The notes beneath the pieces were generated by a model. It saw only the letters and a program-made list of their open reading frames with translations. It was not told the origin of the DNA and did no database searches. A stretch of DNA of 64,000 nt from an uncultured Alphaproteobacteria bacterium (lineage in GTDB: Bacteria > Pseudomonadota > Alphaproteobacteria > Rhodobacterales > Rhodobacteraceae), in NCBI GenBank assembly GCA_902596985.1, contig CACJWR010000004.1:2492-66491 (forward strand), given 5' to 3'. The position numbers were made by a program, and so were the translations under genes. Position 1 is the stretch's first letter. Each line of letters opens with the position of its first letter. Of the stretch, positions 9,591-19,581 are shown in pieces.

Positions 9591-10504
9591 TGCGTTTCAA
9601 CCAAATCCAAAAATATATCCTCTAATGAATTGTCCACTGTGTTGATTTCAGTAAAAAAGATACCATTCTGCGAAAGCAAATTCACAATAGATTGTAATTC
9701 ATTAGACGTATTGTTGATACCAACGAGCTTAAGCGTCATACCATTCTCTGTAAGTGAAATCTTTTTGTTTTTTTTCATAAAAGAAAGGTCTTTAAGCTTT
9801 TTACTCAATCTTATAAAAGTTGTTTTTTTACTAAATTCACTCATAAGAGTAGTTTTTTCTTTAACGAGAATAATCTCGCCTGAATTAATTATTCCAACTC
9901 TGTCGGCCAACTGTTCTGCTTCCTCGATATAATGTGTTGTAAGAATGATAGTAACGCCCATTTTTTTTTGATCTTCTATGAGCTTCCAGATGTCTCTTCT
10001 TAATGATACATCAACACCTGCGGTGGGTTCATCCAGAAATAGGATTTTGGGTTCATGTGCCAAAGCTTTAGCTATAAGGAGACGTCTTTTCATTCCTCCC
10101 GACAGACCAAAAATCTGTTCATCTCTTTTGTCAAAGAGTGACAAGGTTTTTAAAATTTTTTCAATATGATCTCTGCTGTCTTTTAATCCAAAGAGCCCTC
10201 TCGAAAATTGACATGAGTTATACACACTTTCAAACCCATCCAAAGGCAACTCTTGAGGAACTAACCCAATTTGATTTCTGGTTTCTTTGTATTGAGATAA
10301 AGTATCGAAATCATTAACTTTGATAGTCCCACTTGATTGCCTACATAATCCACATATAGCTGATATCAATGTCGTCTTTCCAGCACCGTTTGGCCCTAAT
10401 AAAGCGAAGATTTCACCTTTTTTGATTTCAAGGGAAACATTATTTAAAGCTTTATGCCTTCCAAATACTTTTGAGACATTCTCAATTGAAATTTGACTTT
10501 TCAT
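9587..10504 (-). CDS. ABC transporter ATP-binding protein (YadG-like)
   Basis: Walker A GPNGAGKTT, signature LSGGMKRRL and Walker B ILFLDEPTAG. Confidence 0.9.
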   Translation of the reverse strand: MKSQISIENVSKVFGRHKALNNVSLEIKKGEIFALLGPNGAGKTTLISAICGLCRQSSGTIKVNDFDTLSQYKETRNQIGLVPQELPLDGFESVYNSCQFSRGLFGLKDSRDHIEKILKTLSLFDKRDEQIFGLSGGMKRRLLIAKALAHEPKILFLDEPTAGVDVSLRRDIWKLIEDQKKMGVTIILTTHYIEEAEQLADRVGIINSGEIILVKEKTTLMSEFSKKTTFIRLSKKLKDLSFMKKNKKISLTENGMTLKLVGINNTSNELQSIVNLLSQNGIFFTEINTVDNSLEDIFLDLVETQ

Positions 10505-10507
10505 AAC

Positions 10508-11554
10508 TTACATAGGCATTGGAATTTTTTTATAAAGCTTGTTAACTTCTACTAACATTTCGTCTTTGAGGTATATGTCTTTACCCTTTAAAATCAACTT
10601 TAGTTGATCTACGTTTGATGCACCAAATATTACAGATCCCATAAATGGTCTCGATCTACAGAAGCTTAGAGCTAAGTGAACAGGATCTAATTCAAAACTC
10701 TTAGATAATTCGATATATTCTTCTATTGCTCTGGTGGAATTTGGCGTGACCCTTCCAAACATATCAGGGACCCTAGAAAGCCTTGAGTTTTCGGGCACTT
10801 GACTATTGAGATACTTTCCTGTGATCATTCCGCCAACCAACGGCGAATAGGCTAGCAACTTAACATTTTCGTGAAAGCATGTTTCAGCCAAGTCCGTATC
10901 AAATATTCGACAAAGTAAGCTATATTCATTCTGTATTGATGCAATTGAAAAGTCCTTATATTTTTTCGCTTCGTTGGAAAACTGCACCGTTCCCCAGGCT
11001 GTCTCATTAGATAATCCAATATATCTAATTTTTCCCTCTTTTTTGAGATCATATAATTCCTTAACCACTAGCTCAATATTTTCTCGCTCTACACTACTTT
11101 CCTGGCTTGTAGGATCGTAGTTCCAATACTGTCTAAAATGATAACTGCCTCTGTTTGGCCAATGTAATTGATAAAGGTCAATATAGTCTGTTTGTAAATT
11201 TTTTAGACTACCTTCTATCGCTAACCGGATTTCTTTTGGAAAAATTCCTTTACCATTTCTAACGTTCTTATAGCCTTTACCACTGATTTTTGTAGCAATT
11301 ACTAATTCTTTTCTTTTTTGCAAATTTTTACCAAGCCAGTTGCCCAGGATTCTTTCAGTATCACCCGTGGTTTCTGCTCTCAAAGGACATACAGGATACA
11401 TTTCGGCAGTATCTATGAAGTTGATCCCCGCATCTAAACTCATTTCTAGTTGTTTATGGGCATCAACTTCATCAGTTTGTTCGCCCCAAGTCATCGTTCC
11501 TAAGCAAAAGTCTGTTACTTTTAGTTCTGTACTTCCTAAGTTTACAAATTTCAA
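10508..11554 (-). CDS. NADP(H)-dependent aldo/keto reductase (Tas-like)
   Basis: GTMTWG, INFIDTAEMYP, DLYQLHWP and IGLSNET motifs. Confidence 0.85.
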   Translation of the reverse strand: MKFVNLGSTELKVTDFCLGTMTWGEQTDEVDAHKQLEMSLDAGINFIDTAEMYPVCPLRAETTGDTERILGNWLGKNLQKRKELVIATKISGKGYKNVRNGKGIFPKEIRLAIEGSLKNLQTDYIDLYQLHWPNRGSYHFRQYWNYDPTSQESSVERENIELVVKELYDLKKEGKIRYIGLSNETAWGTVQFSNEAKKYKDFSIASIQNEYSLLCRIFDTDLAETCFHENVKLLAYSPLVGGMITGKYLNSQVPENSRLSRVPDMFGRVTPNSTRAIEEYIELSKSFELDPVHLALSFCRSRPFMGSVIFGASNVDQLKLILKGKDIYLKDEMLVEVNKLYKKIPMPM

Positions 11555-11688
11555 TTTTGAGTTCCTTCACAAGATTATTTGCGTATTAGCATTTTTAGGA
11601 TTTAAGAAATCGCCTATAAGCTTTGACTATTAGTGCATAAACAATTATTTGTAAATTGTTAACAATTAATTTCTTGATGGGGTAATCG

Positions 11689-12501
11689 ATGGGTATGATT
11701 AGCAATATAAGAAAATTTTTTCGAAGAAAACCATTGGTTGTAGTTATACGGCTAGATGGGGTCATAGGTGCGGTGAGTAGATTTGGGTCAGGGGGTCTGG
11801 ACGATTCCAATACTCAAAAATTATTAGAAAAGGCCTTTGAGTTCGAAAAAGCCAAAGCGATTGCAATAAAAATAAATTCTCCTGGAGGTTCCCCTACACA
11901 ATCATCTCTCATAGCATCGAGAATTTTAAAATTATCGAAAGAAAAAAAAATACCCGTTTTATGCTTCTGTGAAGATGTTGCAGCATCTGGAGGCTATTGG
12001 TTAGCTTGTGCTGGCGAAGAAATTTACTCGGATATAAATTCGATTATTGGTTCGATAGGTGTAATCTCTGCAAGTTTTGGTTTTTCAGAGCTAATATCCA
12101 GATATGGTATAGAGAGAAGAGTATACACGGCTGGAGAAGAAAAGAGTATGCTGGATCCTTTCCAGCCAGAAAAAGCTAGTGACGTAAAACGGCTAAAATC
12201 GATCCAAAAAGCCATTTTTGAAAACTTTAAATCTTTTGTGAGCGAGCGCAGAGGTGAAAAGATAAAAGGAAAAAAAATATTTAACGGCGAAGTATGGGAT
12301 GCACCAAGAGCAAAAGATCTTGGTCTCATCGATGGCATAGGAATGATGGAAGATATTTTGGAGGTAAAGTTCGGAACAGGTATTAAACTTAAATATATAA
12401 ATAAAAAGAAATCATTTTTGTCTCGCTTCAGTAGTTCATTGATAAATGATATTAACTCGAAGATAGTTGAAAAGTACTATTTCTCGAAATTTGGGCTATA
12501 A
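11689..12501 (+). CDS. sppA: signal peptide peptidase SppA, 36K type (S49)
   Basis: INSPGGSP, AASGGYWLACAG and SIGVISA motifs. Confidence 0.8.
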   Translation: MGMISNIRKFFRRKPLVVVIRLDGVIGAVSRFGSGGLDDSNTQKLLEKAFEFEKAKAIAIKINSPGGSPTQSSLIASRILKLSKEKKIPVLCFCEDVAASGGYWLACAGEEIYSDINSIIGSIGVISASFGFSELISRYGIERRVYTAGEEKSMLDPFQPEKASDVKRLKSIQKAIFENFKSFVSERRGEKIKGKKIFNGEVWDAPRAKDLGLIDGIGMMEDILEVKFGTGIKLKYINKKKSFLSRFSSSLINDINSKIVEKYYFSKFGL

Positions 12502-12520
12502 GCTGTCAATGGAAAGCTAA

Positions 12521-13309
12521 TTGAAAGAAGAAAAAACAGCACTAATCACAGGGGGCGCCAAACGACTAGGTCGTTCTATCTCAAAGGAGCTGGCAAGAGC
12601 TGGCTATAATGTTATCATACATTACAACAGCTCAGAGAATAATGCGCTAAGCCTCAGAGAGGAATTACTAGAATTCGGTGTCGATATTTCCCTTCTCCAG
12701 GCTGACCTATTAAATGACAACGAAACACTTTCGTTATTTGCCAGGTGTAAAAAGCTGATAAAAAGACCTGTGAATTTACTTATAAATAATGCATCGATCT
12801 TCGAATATGACAATATAAAAACTGCAACTTTAGAAAGTTGGAATCGTCATCAAAAGTCAAATCTGCAGGTACCATTTTTTTTAACACAAAAATTTGCTGA
12901 GCAAGCACCGGAGCCTGATAAGCTAGAAAATGGTGAGTTGGAAAGTAGGTCGTGTATCATAAATATAATTGATCAAAGAGTTCAGAATCTGACAACCGAT
13001 TTTACTACCTATACACTAGCCAAATCCGCTTTGTGGACATTAACACGAATTTCAGCTAAGGCGCTGGCCCCAAAAATAAGGGTGAACGCTATAGGGCCAG
13101 GTCCAACTTTGAAAGCAGAGTTTCAAAGTGTTTCGAATTATAAAAAACAAAGGCTTTCTACCCCGCTACAAAGAGGTTCTAGTGCGTCTGAAATATGTAA
13201 AACGATTAAATACTTTGTTGATACTCCAAGTGTCAGTGGGCAATTGATATGTGTTGATGGTGGACAGAATTTACAGCAAATAAAAAAAACTGAGGAAATC
13301 GATCAATAA
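12521..13309 (+). CDS. SDR family oxidoreductase (pteridine reductase / FolM-like)
   Basis: TGGAKRLG Rossmann motif, HYNSS and NNAS. TTG start. Confidence 0.7.
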   Translation: MKEEKTALITGGAKRLGRSISKELARAGYNVIIHYNSSENNALSLREELLEFGVDISLLQADLLNDNETLSLFARCKKLIKRPVNLLINNASIFEYDNIKTATLESWNRHQKSNLQVPFFLTQKFAEQAPEPDKLENGELESRSCIINIIDQRVQNLTTDFTTYTLAKSALWTLTRISAKALAPKIRVNAIGPGPTLKAEFQSVSNYKKQRLSTPLQRGSSASEICKTIKYFVDTPSVSGQLICVDGGQNLQQIKKTEEIDQ

Positions 13310-13321
13310 ATTAGGTAATTT

Positions 13322-15184
13322 TTGCAAATGACACAAAGTGACCCGAACAAATTCTCCCAGGGAGAAAAGGTAGTTTCCTCTATAGTTAAAACATTGCCGA
13401 ATAAACCAGGTGTATATCGAATGCTCGATGACACTGGTAGCGTTTTGTACGTAGGAAAAGCAAAAAATCTAAAGAATAGAGTCTCAAGCTATTCGAGAGT
13501 GACAGGACACTCGCTTAGAATAGGCAGAATGATTTCTGCAACCAGAGATATGAATTTTTTTATAACAGAAACTGAGCTAGAGGCCCTACTGTTAGAACAG
13601 AATCTGATAAAGAAGTATAGTCCCAGATATAACGTGCTTTTAAAGGATGATAAGAGTTTTCCACAGATTGCAATTACGAAAAACAAACAGTTTCCTCAAG
13701 TAACGAAATACCGCGGGAAAAAGGTGGATGGCGTAAAATATTTTGGTCCTTATGCCTCTGCCACTGCAGTTAATAATGCTATTAATTATATTCAGAAGAT
13801 TTTTCAATTAAGAAATTGCCGAGATAGTAATTTTTATGGACGAAGTCGAGCATGCCTTTTGCATTATATAAATAAATGCTCGGCTCCTTGTGTTGGAAAA
13901 ATTTCTGAGGAAGAATATTCAAAAACAGTAGATGAAGCAGAAAATTTTCTATTAGGTAAACATACTGAAATCAAAGATAACTTACAAAGAAATATGCTAC
14001 AGGCGAGCAAAAACTTGGATTTTGAAAGAGCGGCTTTCTACCGAGATCGGATTGAATTAATAGCAAAAATTCAATCGAGTCAAAATATCAATAATTTGAA
14101 TGTTAAGGATGCTGATATTATAGGTCTCTTTAAATTGGGGAATGAAGTCTGTATTCAGGTATTCTTTATCCGATCATATGAGAATAGAGGAAATCACGCT
14201 TTTTTTCCTAAGACTGGGGGCGGAGCAGACGATATAGAAATTTTAGAAAATTTCATCGCCCAGTTTTATTCCACAAAAATTCCTGCGAGAGAAATACTCA
14301 TATCTTACTCTTTGCGAAATAACGATGTATTAGTAAGGTTTCTCGCTGAAAGAAGGAAACAAAAAGTTGTAATTAGATCGCCCGCTAGAGGAAGAGCAAA
14401 AGATCTCATAAAAACTGCTGAAAAAAATGCTAAAGAAGCATTAGAACGAAAGATAGCTATGAAGGCTTCTCAGAAATCGCTTTTTGAAGAAGTTGAAACT
14501 TGGCTAAAATTAGAAGAGAAAATAAAAAAAATTGAGGTCTACGATAACTCCCACATACAAGGGAGTTTCCCTATAGGTTGTCTTGTGGCTATAAATTTGG
14601 AGGGCTACTCTAAGTCAGATTATAGAAAATATAATATTAAGGATAGTTCTATAAATCCCAAAGATGATTTGGCAATTATGGGTTATGTCTTTGAGCGAAG
14701 ATTTGGAAAGTTAAAGAGCGAAAATTTAGAAGATTTTAAGAAAAACCTCCCCGATCTAATCGTTATTGATGGTGGCCGTAATCAAATGAATGTTGCCTCT
14801 GCTGTTCTCAAGAAATACAAACTAGAAATTCCGATATTAGCTATTGCTAAAGGAGAGAAAAGGAATGAAGGAAGAGAAGACTTCTACTTTAGAGATAGAA
14901 TTTTTAGTTTTCCTACAAGTAGTAGTGTCCTTTTCTTTTTTCAAAGAATTCGTGATGAAGTACACCGTTTTGCTATTGGCGCTCATAGGCAGAAAAGATC
15001 TTCTGGTATGAACAAAAGTGAACTTGATGAAGTTTATGGGGTAGGACCCAAGAAGAAAAAGGAATTATTGCAGCATTTTGGGTCAGCAAAGGAGGTTGGG
15101 AAGGCAAGTTTAAAGGATCTTTTGGGTGTAAAAGGAATATCGAAAAATTCAGCAGAAATTATTTTCAATCACTTTAATTCATGA
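13322..15184 (+). CDS. uvrC: excinuclease ABC subunit C
   Basis: GIY-YIG domain (GVYRMLD...LYVGKAKNLKNRVSSY), a UVR domain and a C-terminal HhH region. The start is TTG 13322 or ATG 13328. Confidence 0.92.
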   Translation: MQMTQSDPNKFSQGEKVVSSIVKTLPNKPGVYRMLDDTGSVLYVGKAKNLKNRVSSYSRVTGHSLRIGRMISATRDMNFFITETELEALLLEQNLIKKYSPRYNVLLKDDKSFPQIAITKNKQFPQVTKYRGKKVDGVKYFGPYASATAVNNAINYIQKIFQLRNCRDSNFYGRSRACLLHYINKCSAPCVGKISEEEYSKTVDEAENFLLGKHTEIKDNLQRNMLQASKNLDFERAAFYRDRIELIAKIQSSQNINNLNVKDADIIGLFKLGNEVCIQVFFIRSYENRGNHAFFPKTGGGADDIEILENFIAQFYSTKIPAREILISYSLRNNDVLVRFLAERRKQKVVIRSPARGRAKDLIKTAEKNAKEALERKIAMKASQKSLFEEVETWLKLEEKIKKIEVYDNSHIQGSFPIGCLVAINLEGYSKSDYRKYNIKDSSINPKDDLAIMGYVFERRFGKLKSENLEDFKKNLPDLIVIDGGRNQMNVASAVLKKYKLEIPILAIAKGEKRNEGREDFYFRDRIFSFPTSSSVLFFFQRIRDEVHRFAIGAHRQKRSSGMNKSELDEVYGVGPKKKKELLQHFGSAKEVGKASLKDLLGVKGISKNSAEIIFNHFNS

Positions 15185-15771
15185 TACTACGGGTGGTTAT
15201 GTATAGCTATATACCAAATTTTCTCACTTTTCTGAGGCTTCTTGCTGCCCCTATATTAATATTATACTTAATTATAGACCAATCCTTTTCTGGTAAGTAT
15301 TTTGGTTTAATAATCTTTTTCTTTATTATTCTAACCGATTTTTTTGATGGCTATTTGGCTAGAAAGTTTAATACAGAGAGTAATATTGGAAAAGTCTTTG
15401 ACCCAATAGCTGATAAGATCATGGTTATTTTGCTTTTCGCTTTCTTCCTTGGCATTAACTTAGACAATCCAGAAAAATTGTTTATGTCGCTAATGCTTAT
15501 ACTATTAATTACTAGGGAGATAATGATATCGGGATTGCGTGAATTTGTAAGCGCGAAGAAAGCAGATCTGAGCGTTACGCAACTTGCTAGATGGAAAACG
15601 TTTTTTCAGACCGTACTACTAATCTTCTTATTTTTTGATTACATATATCTTTTCCAAAGCACCGTAATCAGTTGGTCGATAGACTTATTTTGCTTGGTTA
15701 CATGTCTTTTAACATGGTATACTGGTATGCAGTACATTTTTAAAGCTTTTGACACTGCAAACAATGGGTAA
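15181..15771 (+). CDS. pgsA: CDP-diacylglycerol--glycerol-3-phosphate 3-phosphatidyltransferase
   Basis: CDP-alcohol phosphatidyltransferase motif DFFDGYLARK...GKVFDPIADK. ATGA overlap with uvrC. Confidence 0.88.
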   Translation: MILRVVMYSYIPNFLTFLRLLAAPILILYLIIDQSFSGKYFGLIIFFFIILTDFFDGYLARKFNTESNIGKVFDPIADKIMVILLFAFFLGINLDNPEKLFMSLMLILLITREIMISGLREFVSAKKADLSVTQLARWKTFFQTVLLIFLFFDYIYLFQSTVISWSIDLFCLVTCLLTWYTGMQYIFKAFDTANNG

Positions 15772-16021
15772 GGTTAAGCTAAAATATTTTTCAAGAATTA
15801 GGGAGACAATTGGTAAGACGTCAGAGCTAGTTGAAATAAAATCAACGAATATTCAAGATTTAATAGAAGAGCTACAGGCAATGGGTGAGCAATACTCAGT
15901 TTTGAAAGGAAGAGATTTTGCTATTTACTCAGCTGTAGACCAGAATATAGTTACAGACGTTAAAACATCAATCGAAGGTGCCACAGAGATTGCTTTTTTC
16001 CCTCCTATGACCGGGGGATAA
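15764..16021 (+). CDS. moaD: molybdopterin synthase sulfur-carrier subunit MoaD
   Basis: About 85 aa with a ubiquitin-like profile, ending in the obligatory C-terminal Gly-Gly (MTGG). It lies directly upstream of moaE. Start chosen at the Met of MGKVKLKYF. Confidence 0.8.
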   Translation: MGKVKLKYFSRIRETIGKTSELVEIKSTNIQDLIEELQAMGEQYSVLKGRDFAIYSAVDQNIVTDVKTSIEGATEIAFFPPMTGG

Positions 16022-16024
16022 TAT

Positions 16025-16450
16025 ATGCTTAATAAGATAATCGTAGCAGTTCAAAAAAGTGATTTTGATCTAAATTCCGAATTGGAAACTCTAAAGTTAA
16101 AGACTGAAAAAGCAGGAGCTGTTGTGATCTTCGTTGGGAAGGTTAGAGACCTTGACGACGATAATTTAAGATATCTAGAGATAGAATCCTTTGAGGATCT
16201 TGCGAAAAGTCAAATAAAAGAAATTTGTGATGATGCTGCAAATAAATGGGATTTAGAATTCATTCTAGTAAAACATCGATTTGGAAGATTGAAGATTAAC
16301 GATAACATTGTCCTCGTTATTACATCCTCCAAGCATCGAAAGAATGCATATGAAGCCTCTGCGTTTATAATGGAGTATCTTAAAAGCAATGTACCATTTT
16401 GGAAAAAAGAAGTAGCAGACAAAACTCAAAAATGGGTCGAGAACTCTTAG
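16025..16450 (+). CDS. moaE: molybdopterin synthase catalytic subunit MoaE
   Basis: Typical size (141 aa), with FVGKVRD and PFWKKE motifs. Adjacent to moaD. Confidence 0.85.
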   Translation: MLNKIIVAVQKSDFDLNSELETLKLKTEKAGAVVIFVGKVRDLDDDNLRYLEIESFEDLAKSQIKEICDDAANKWDLEFILVKHRFGRLKINDNIVLVITSSKHRKNAYEASAFIMEYLKSNVPFWKKEVADKTQKWVENS

Positions 16451-16462
16451 ATTTTTGATTAG

Positions 16463-17422
16463 CTAAAAAAACTTAGTTAAAGTTGCTAAGATCATAAAGA
16501 CTGTAAGTATAAGTCCAGCTGTTCTATTTGACTTGAAAGTTTCAAGACAACCTTCACGGTTTCTTATGTCCAATTTTAATAGTTGAAACGTTAAATGGAG
16601 AGAGAAGAAAAAAATACCAGACGCAAGAATAAAAATCTGAATTGGATCACCATTCGATAAAAAATAAAAGATAGGTCCGACCGTCAAAAGTATAAAAACA
16701 ATGAAAATTGTTAGGTATTGCTTGGGATTTGCTTCAAATAAGATACCAGTAGATCTTATGCCTACTTCTTTATCATCATCTAGATCCTGAAATGAGTAAA
16801 TTGTGTCATAAAATATAGTCCATGCTATTGCAGAGATATACAAGCCAACACAGAAGTAATCTAACGTACCACTATTAGCAGCGTAAGCCAGCAATATACC
16901 CCAGTTAAAAGAAAGGCCTAAGAAAAATTGCGGCCAGTATGTAAATCTTTTTGCGAAAGGATAAATAACAATGGTGATAAGAGATAGAAATCCTAAAATT
17001 ATTGCTAAACGATTAAAAGTTACCAATATCCCAAATGCTAAAGAACATTGCAGTATCAGCCATAAAAATGCCTGAGACTTTGAAACGTTCCCAGCGGGAA
17101 TGGGTCTGTTTCTTGTCCGTAATACTTTTGCATCAAGCTTTGCATCTGTTATATCGTTCCAGGTGCATCCTGCACCACGCATTAGAAGACCACCAATATA
17201 ACAAGCGACCAATATATATAAAGAGTTGCCATTTAATAGATTTGGGTCGACATTAGTGGATAAAAAGACACCCCACCAGCAAGGAATTATTAGCAACCAA
17301 GATCCTATTGGCCTATCCAACCGACTTAACTTAAAAAATGGACGAATACCTTTAGGGACATATAAATCTACCCAATTGTTCGATTGTGCATCTATCAACT
17401 TGTCATTAAAAAATTTATGCAT
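16463..17422 (-). CDS. ubiA: 4-hydroxybenzoate polyprenyltransferase
   Basis: NDITDAKLDAKVLRTRNRPIPAG motif, a second Asp-rich motif (YSFQDLDDD) and about 8 TM spans. Confidence 0.88.
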   Translation of the reverse strand: MHKFFNDKLIDAQSNNWVDLYVPKGIRPFFKLSRLDRPIGSWLLIIPCWWGVFLSTNVDPNLLNGNSLYILVACYIGGLLMRGAGCTWNDITDAKLDAKVLRTRNRPIPAGNVSKSQAFLWLILQCSLAFGILVTFNRLAIILGFLSLITIVIYPFAKRFTYWPQFFLGLSFNWGILLAYAANSGTLDYFCVGLYISAIAWTIFYDTIYSFQDLDDDKEVGIRSTGILFEANPKQYLTIFIVFILLTVGPIFYFLSNGDPIQIFILASGIFFFSLHLTFQLLKLDIRNREGCLETFKSNRTAGLILTVFMILATLTKFF

Positions 17423-17450
17423 TTATGGTCATTCATGTTAATTAAACTTC

Positions 17451-18215
17451 ATGAACAAGAATATTAGTATAAGGCTATTCTGTGAAGTCACTTTAAAGGT
17501 TGGTGAAAGGATTAATCTAGAGACAGAGCAATCTCATTACTTAAAAAACGTAATGCGTTGTAAGATTGGTGAAAAAATTCTTGTTTTTGACAATTATACC
17601 GGTGAATACGTAGCAGAGATCATTAATATTCACAAACGTTTTATTGATCTTGAAATCTTGGAAAAAACTAAACGTAGATGTATACCTGGAGATGTTTGGT
17701 TGATATTTTGTCCACTAAAAAAGTCAAGAACAGACTTTTTGTTGGAAAAAAGCACTGAGCTCGGTGTAAGAAAATTTTTACCGACTTTAAGTGATAAGAC
17801 ACAAACTAAAACGATCTCACTTAATCGTTGTAGAAAAAATATTATTGAAGCTGTAGAACAGTGTGGAGGAACTTTCATCCCAGAAATATCACCTATAAGT
17901 TCTTTATCTAAAGTTATTGAACAACAGCCCGAAGACAGAATTTTAATATTTTGTGATGAAACATTGGAAAGTAAAAGTATCAATGAGTGTTTATTGTTGG
18001 AAAGGCCACAAAAAGTTGCTGTATTAGTAGGGCCTGAGGGAGGATTTAGTCATAGTGAAAGAAAGTTATTAAGAACAAAAAAAAATATACTTCCAGTATC
18101 TTTAGGTAATAGAATACTAAGAGCAGAAACGGCAGCAGTTTCAGCCTTAACAATGTGGCATGGTATGGCAGGAGATTGGCTCAAAAAAGTGGATCATCAA
18201 AATAATGAAAACTGA
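17451..18215 (+). CDS. rsmE: 16S rRNA (uracil1498-N3)-methyltransferase
   Basis: N-terminal PUA-like region (HYLKNVMR), C-terminal SPOUT knot GPEGGFSHSE and LGNRILRAETA. Confidence 0.88.
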   Translation: MNKNISIRLFCEVTLKVGERINLETEQSHYLKNVMRCKIGEKILVFDNYTGEYVAEIINIHKRFIDLEILEKTKRRCIPGDVWLIFCPLKKSRTDFLLEKSTELGVRKFLPTLSDKTQTKTISLNRCRKNIIEAVEQCGGTFIPEISPISSLSKVIEQQPEDRILIFCDETLESKSINECLLLERPQKVAVLVGPEGGFSHSERKLLRTKKNILPVSLGNRILRAETAAVSALTMWHGMAGDWLKKVDHQNNEN

Positions 18216-19581
18216 AGAACGCACAGACTTTTTGAACCGAGATCAATTAAGACTTTATTTTGAACAAGGGTGTAAACCTTATTCGGAATGGGGGATAGGA
18301 TCGGAGTATGAAAACTTTATTTTTGACGCAGATTTAAAGACACCTGTTGGATATGAGGGGCCTAAGTCTATTTCAAAAGTTTTTGATGTGTTGATCAAAA
18401 AATTCGGTTGGGTACCATTATTTGAGAAATCAAAAATTGTTGGTCTTGAGAAGGACAAAGCAAATATAAGTTTGGAGCCAGGGGGACAGTTTGAGCTATC
18501 AGGTGCTATAAAAAAAAGTATTCATGAAGTTGACCAGGAAATGAAATCTTTCATGCAAAATATGAAAGTTGTCTGTGAAGAATTAGGCTTGGGCTTGTTT
18601 TCAATTGGTGCTGCACCCAATTGGGAGAGGGATGACATGCCCATAATGCCAAAAAATAGATACAAAAAAATAATGATGCCTTACATGAAAACAGTTGGAA
18701 CTCAAGGTTTAGATATGATGTTGAGAACTTGTACCATACAAGTAAATCTTGATTACTCTTCGGAAGCGGATATGGCAAAAAAGCTTAGAGTCGCTGCATG
18801 CATACAACCCCTTGCAACCGCTTTATTTGCGTCTTCCTCCATGTTTGAAGGTAAAAATACTGGTTATCAGAGCTGGAGAGCACAGATATGGAAGAATACA
18901 GATAGTGATAGAACAGGCATTCCAAAATTTATTTTTGATGATGACCTGAGTTTTGATAGTTGGATTGAATATGCGTTGGACGTACCCATGTATTTCATAA
19001 AGAGAGAGGGAGATTATGTGAATCTGTCTGGGGAGTCTTTTCGAATGTTTATGCAAGGTCAGTTGAAATCCTTACCAAATCACAGAGCTACCTATTCTGA
19101 TTGGATTGATCATCTAACGACAATTTTCACAGACGTTCGTTTAAAAAATTTCATTGAAATGAGAGGTGCGGATGGAGGGCCGAGCCAAAATGTAACAGCA
19201 TTAGCCGCCATGTGGGTCGGGCTTCTATATGATAGCGACTCACTGGATAATGTTTTTAATTTAGTTAAAGCTCTTGATTGGCAGGCAGTCAATGAGTTAA
19301 GCATTGATGTTTGTAAACATGGTATGAACGCGAAAATTAACGATAAGACTTTATGGGAATTTGGTAAAGAAGTTCTTAACATAGCAAAAAGTGGATTACA
19401 AAATCGAGGCTCAGCTTACGATATTAAAGATGAAACTTTATTTCTAATGCCATTATTAGAACGAGTGTCAAAAAAACAATCTCTTTCAAGTCAATTAGTG
19501 AATAAATTTGACAGCAAATGGAATAACAATTTTTCTACTTTTTATGATGATTTTAATTTTTATCACGGCCTTCGAAACTAA
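18205..19581 (+). CDS. gshA: glutamate--cysteine ligase, plant/alphaproteobacterial type (GCS2)
   Basis: Length of about 458 aa. The EPGGQFELSG and FIEMRGADGGP motifs are characteristic of the plant-type enzyme. Start set at an internal Met, 11 nt before the rsmE stop. Confidence 0.85.
   Translation: MKTEERTDFLNRDQLRLYFEQGCKPYSEWGIGSEYENFIFDADLKTPVGYEGPKSISKVFDVLIKKFGWVPLFEKSKIVGLEKDKANISLEPGGQFELSGAIKKSIHEVDQEMKSFMQNMKVVCEELGLGLFSIGAAPNWERDDMPIMPKNRYKKIMMPYMKTVGTQGLDMMLRTCTIQVNLDYSSEADMAKKLRVAACIQPLATALFASSSMFEGKNTGYQSWRAQIWKNTDSDRTGIPKFIFDDDLSFDSWIEYALDVPMYFIKREGDYVNLSGESFRMFMQGQLKSLPNHRATYSDWIDHLTTIFTDVRLKNFIEMRGADGGPSQNVTALAAMWVGLLYDSDSLDNVFNLVKALDWQAVNELSIDVCKHGMNAKINDKTLWEFGKEVLNIAKSGLQNRGSAYDIKDETLFLMPLLERVSKKQSLSSQLVNKFDSKWNNNFSTFYDDFNFYHGLRN

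Noticed and set aside
11595-11810. 71-aa minus-strand ORF spanning the AKR/sppA spacer and the sppA start. A similar 64-aa ORF at 38444..38638 overlaps the dac start.
   Set aside because: Both overlap the 5' ends of well-supported genes on the other strand and lack any recognisable features.
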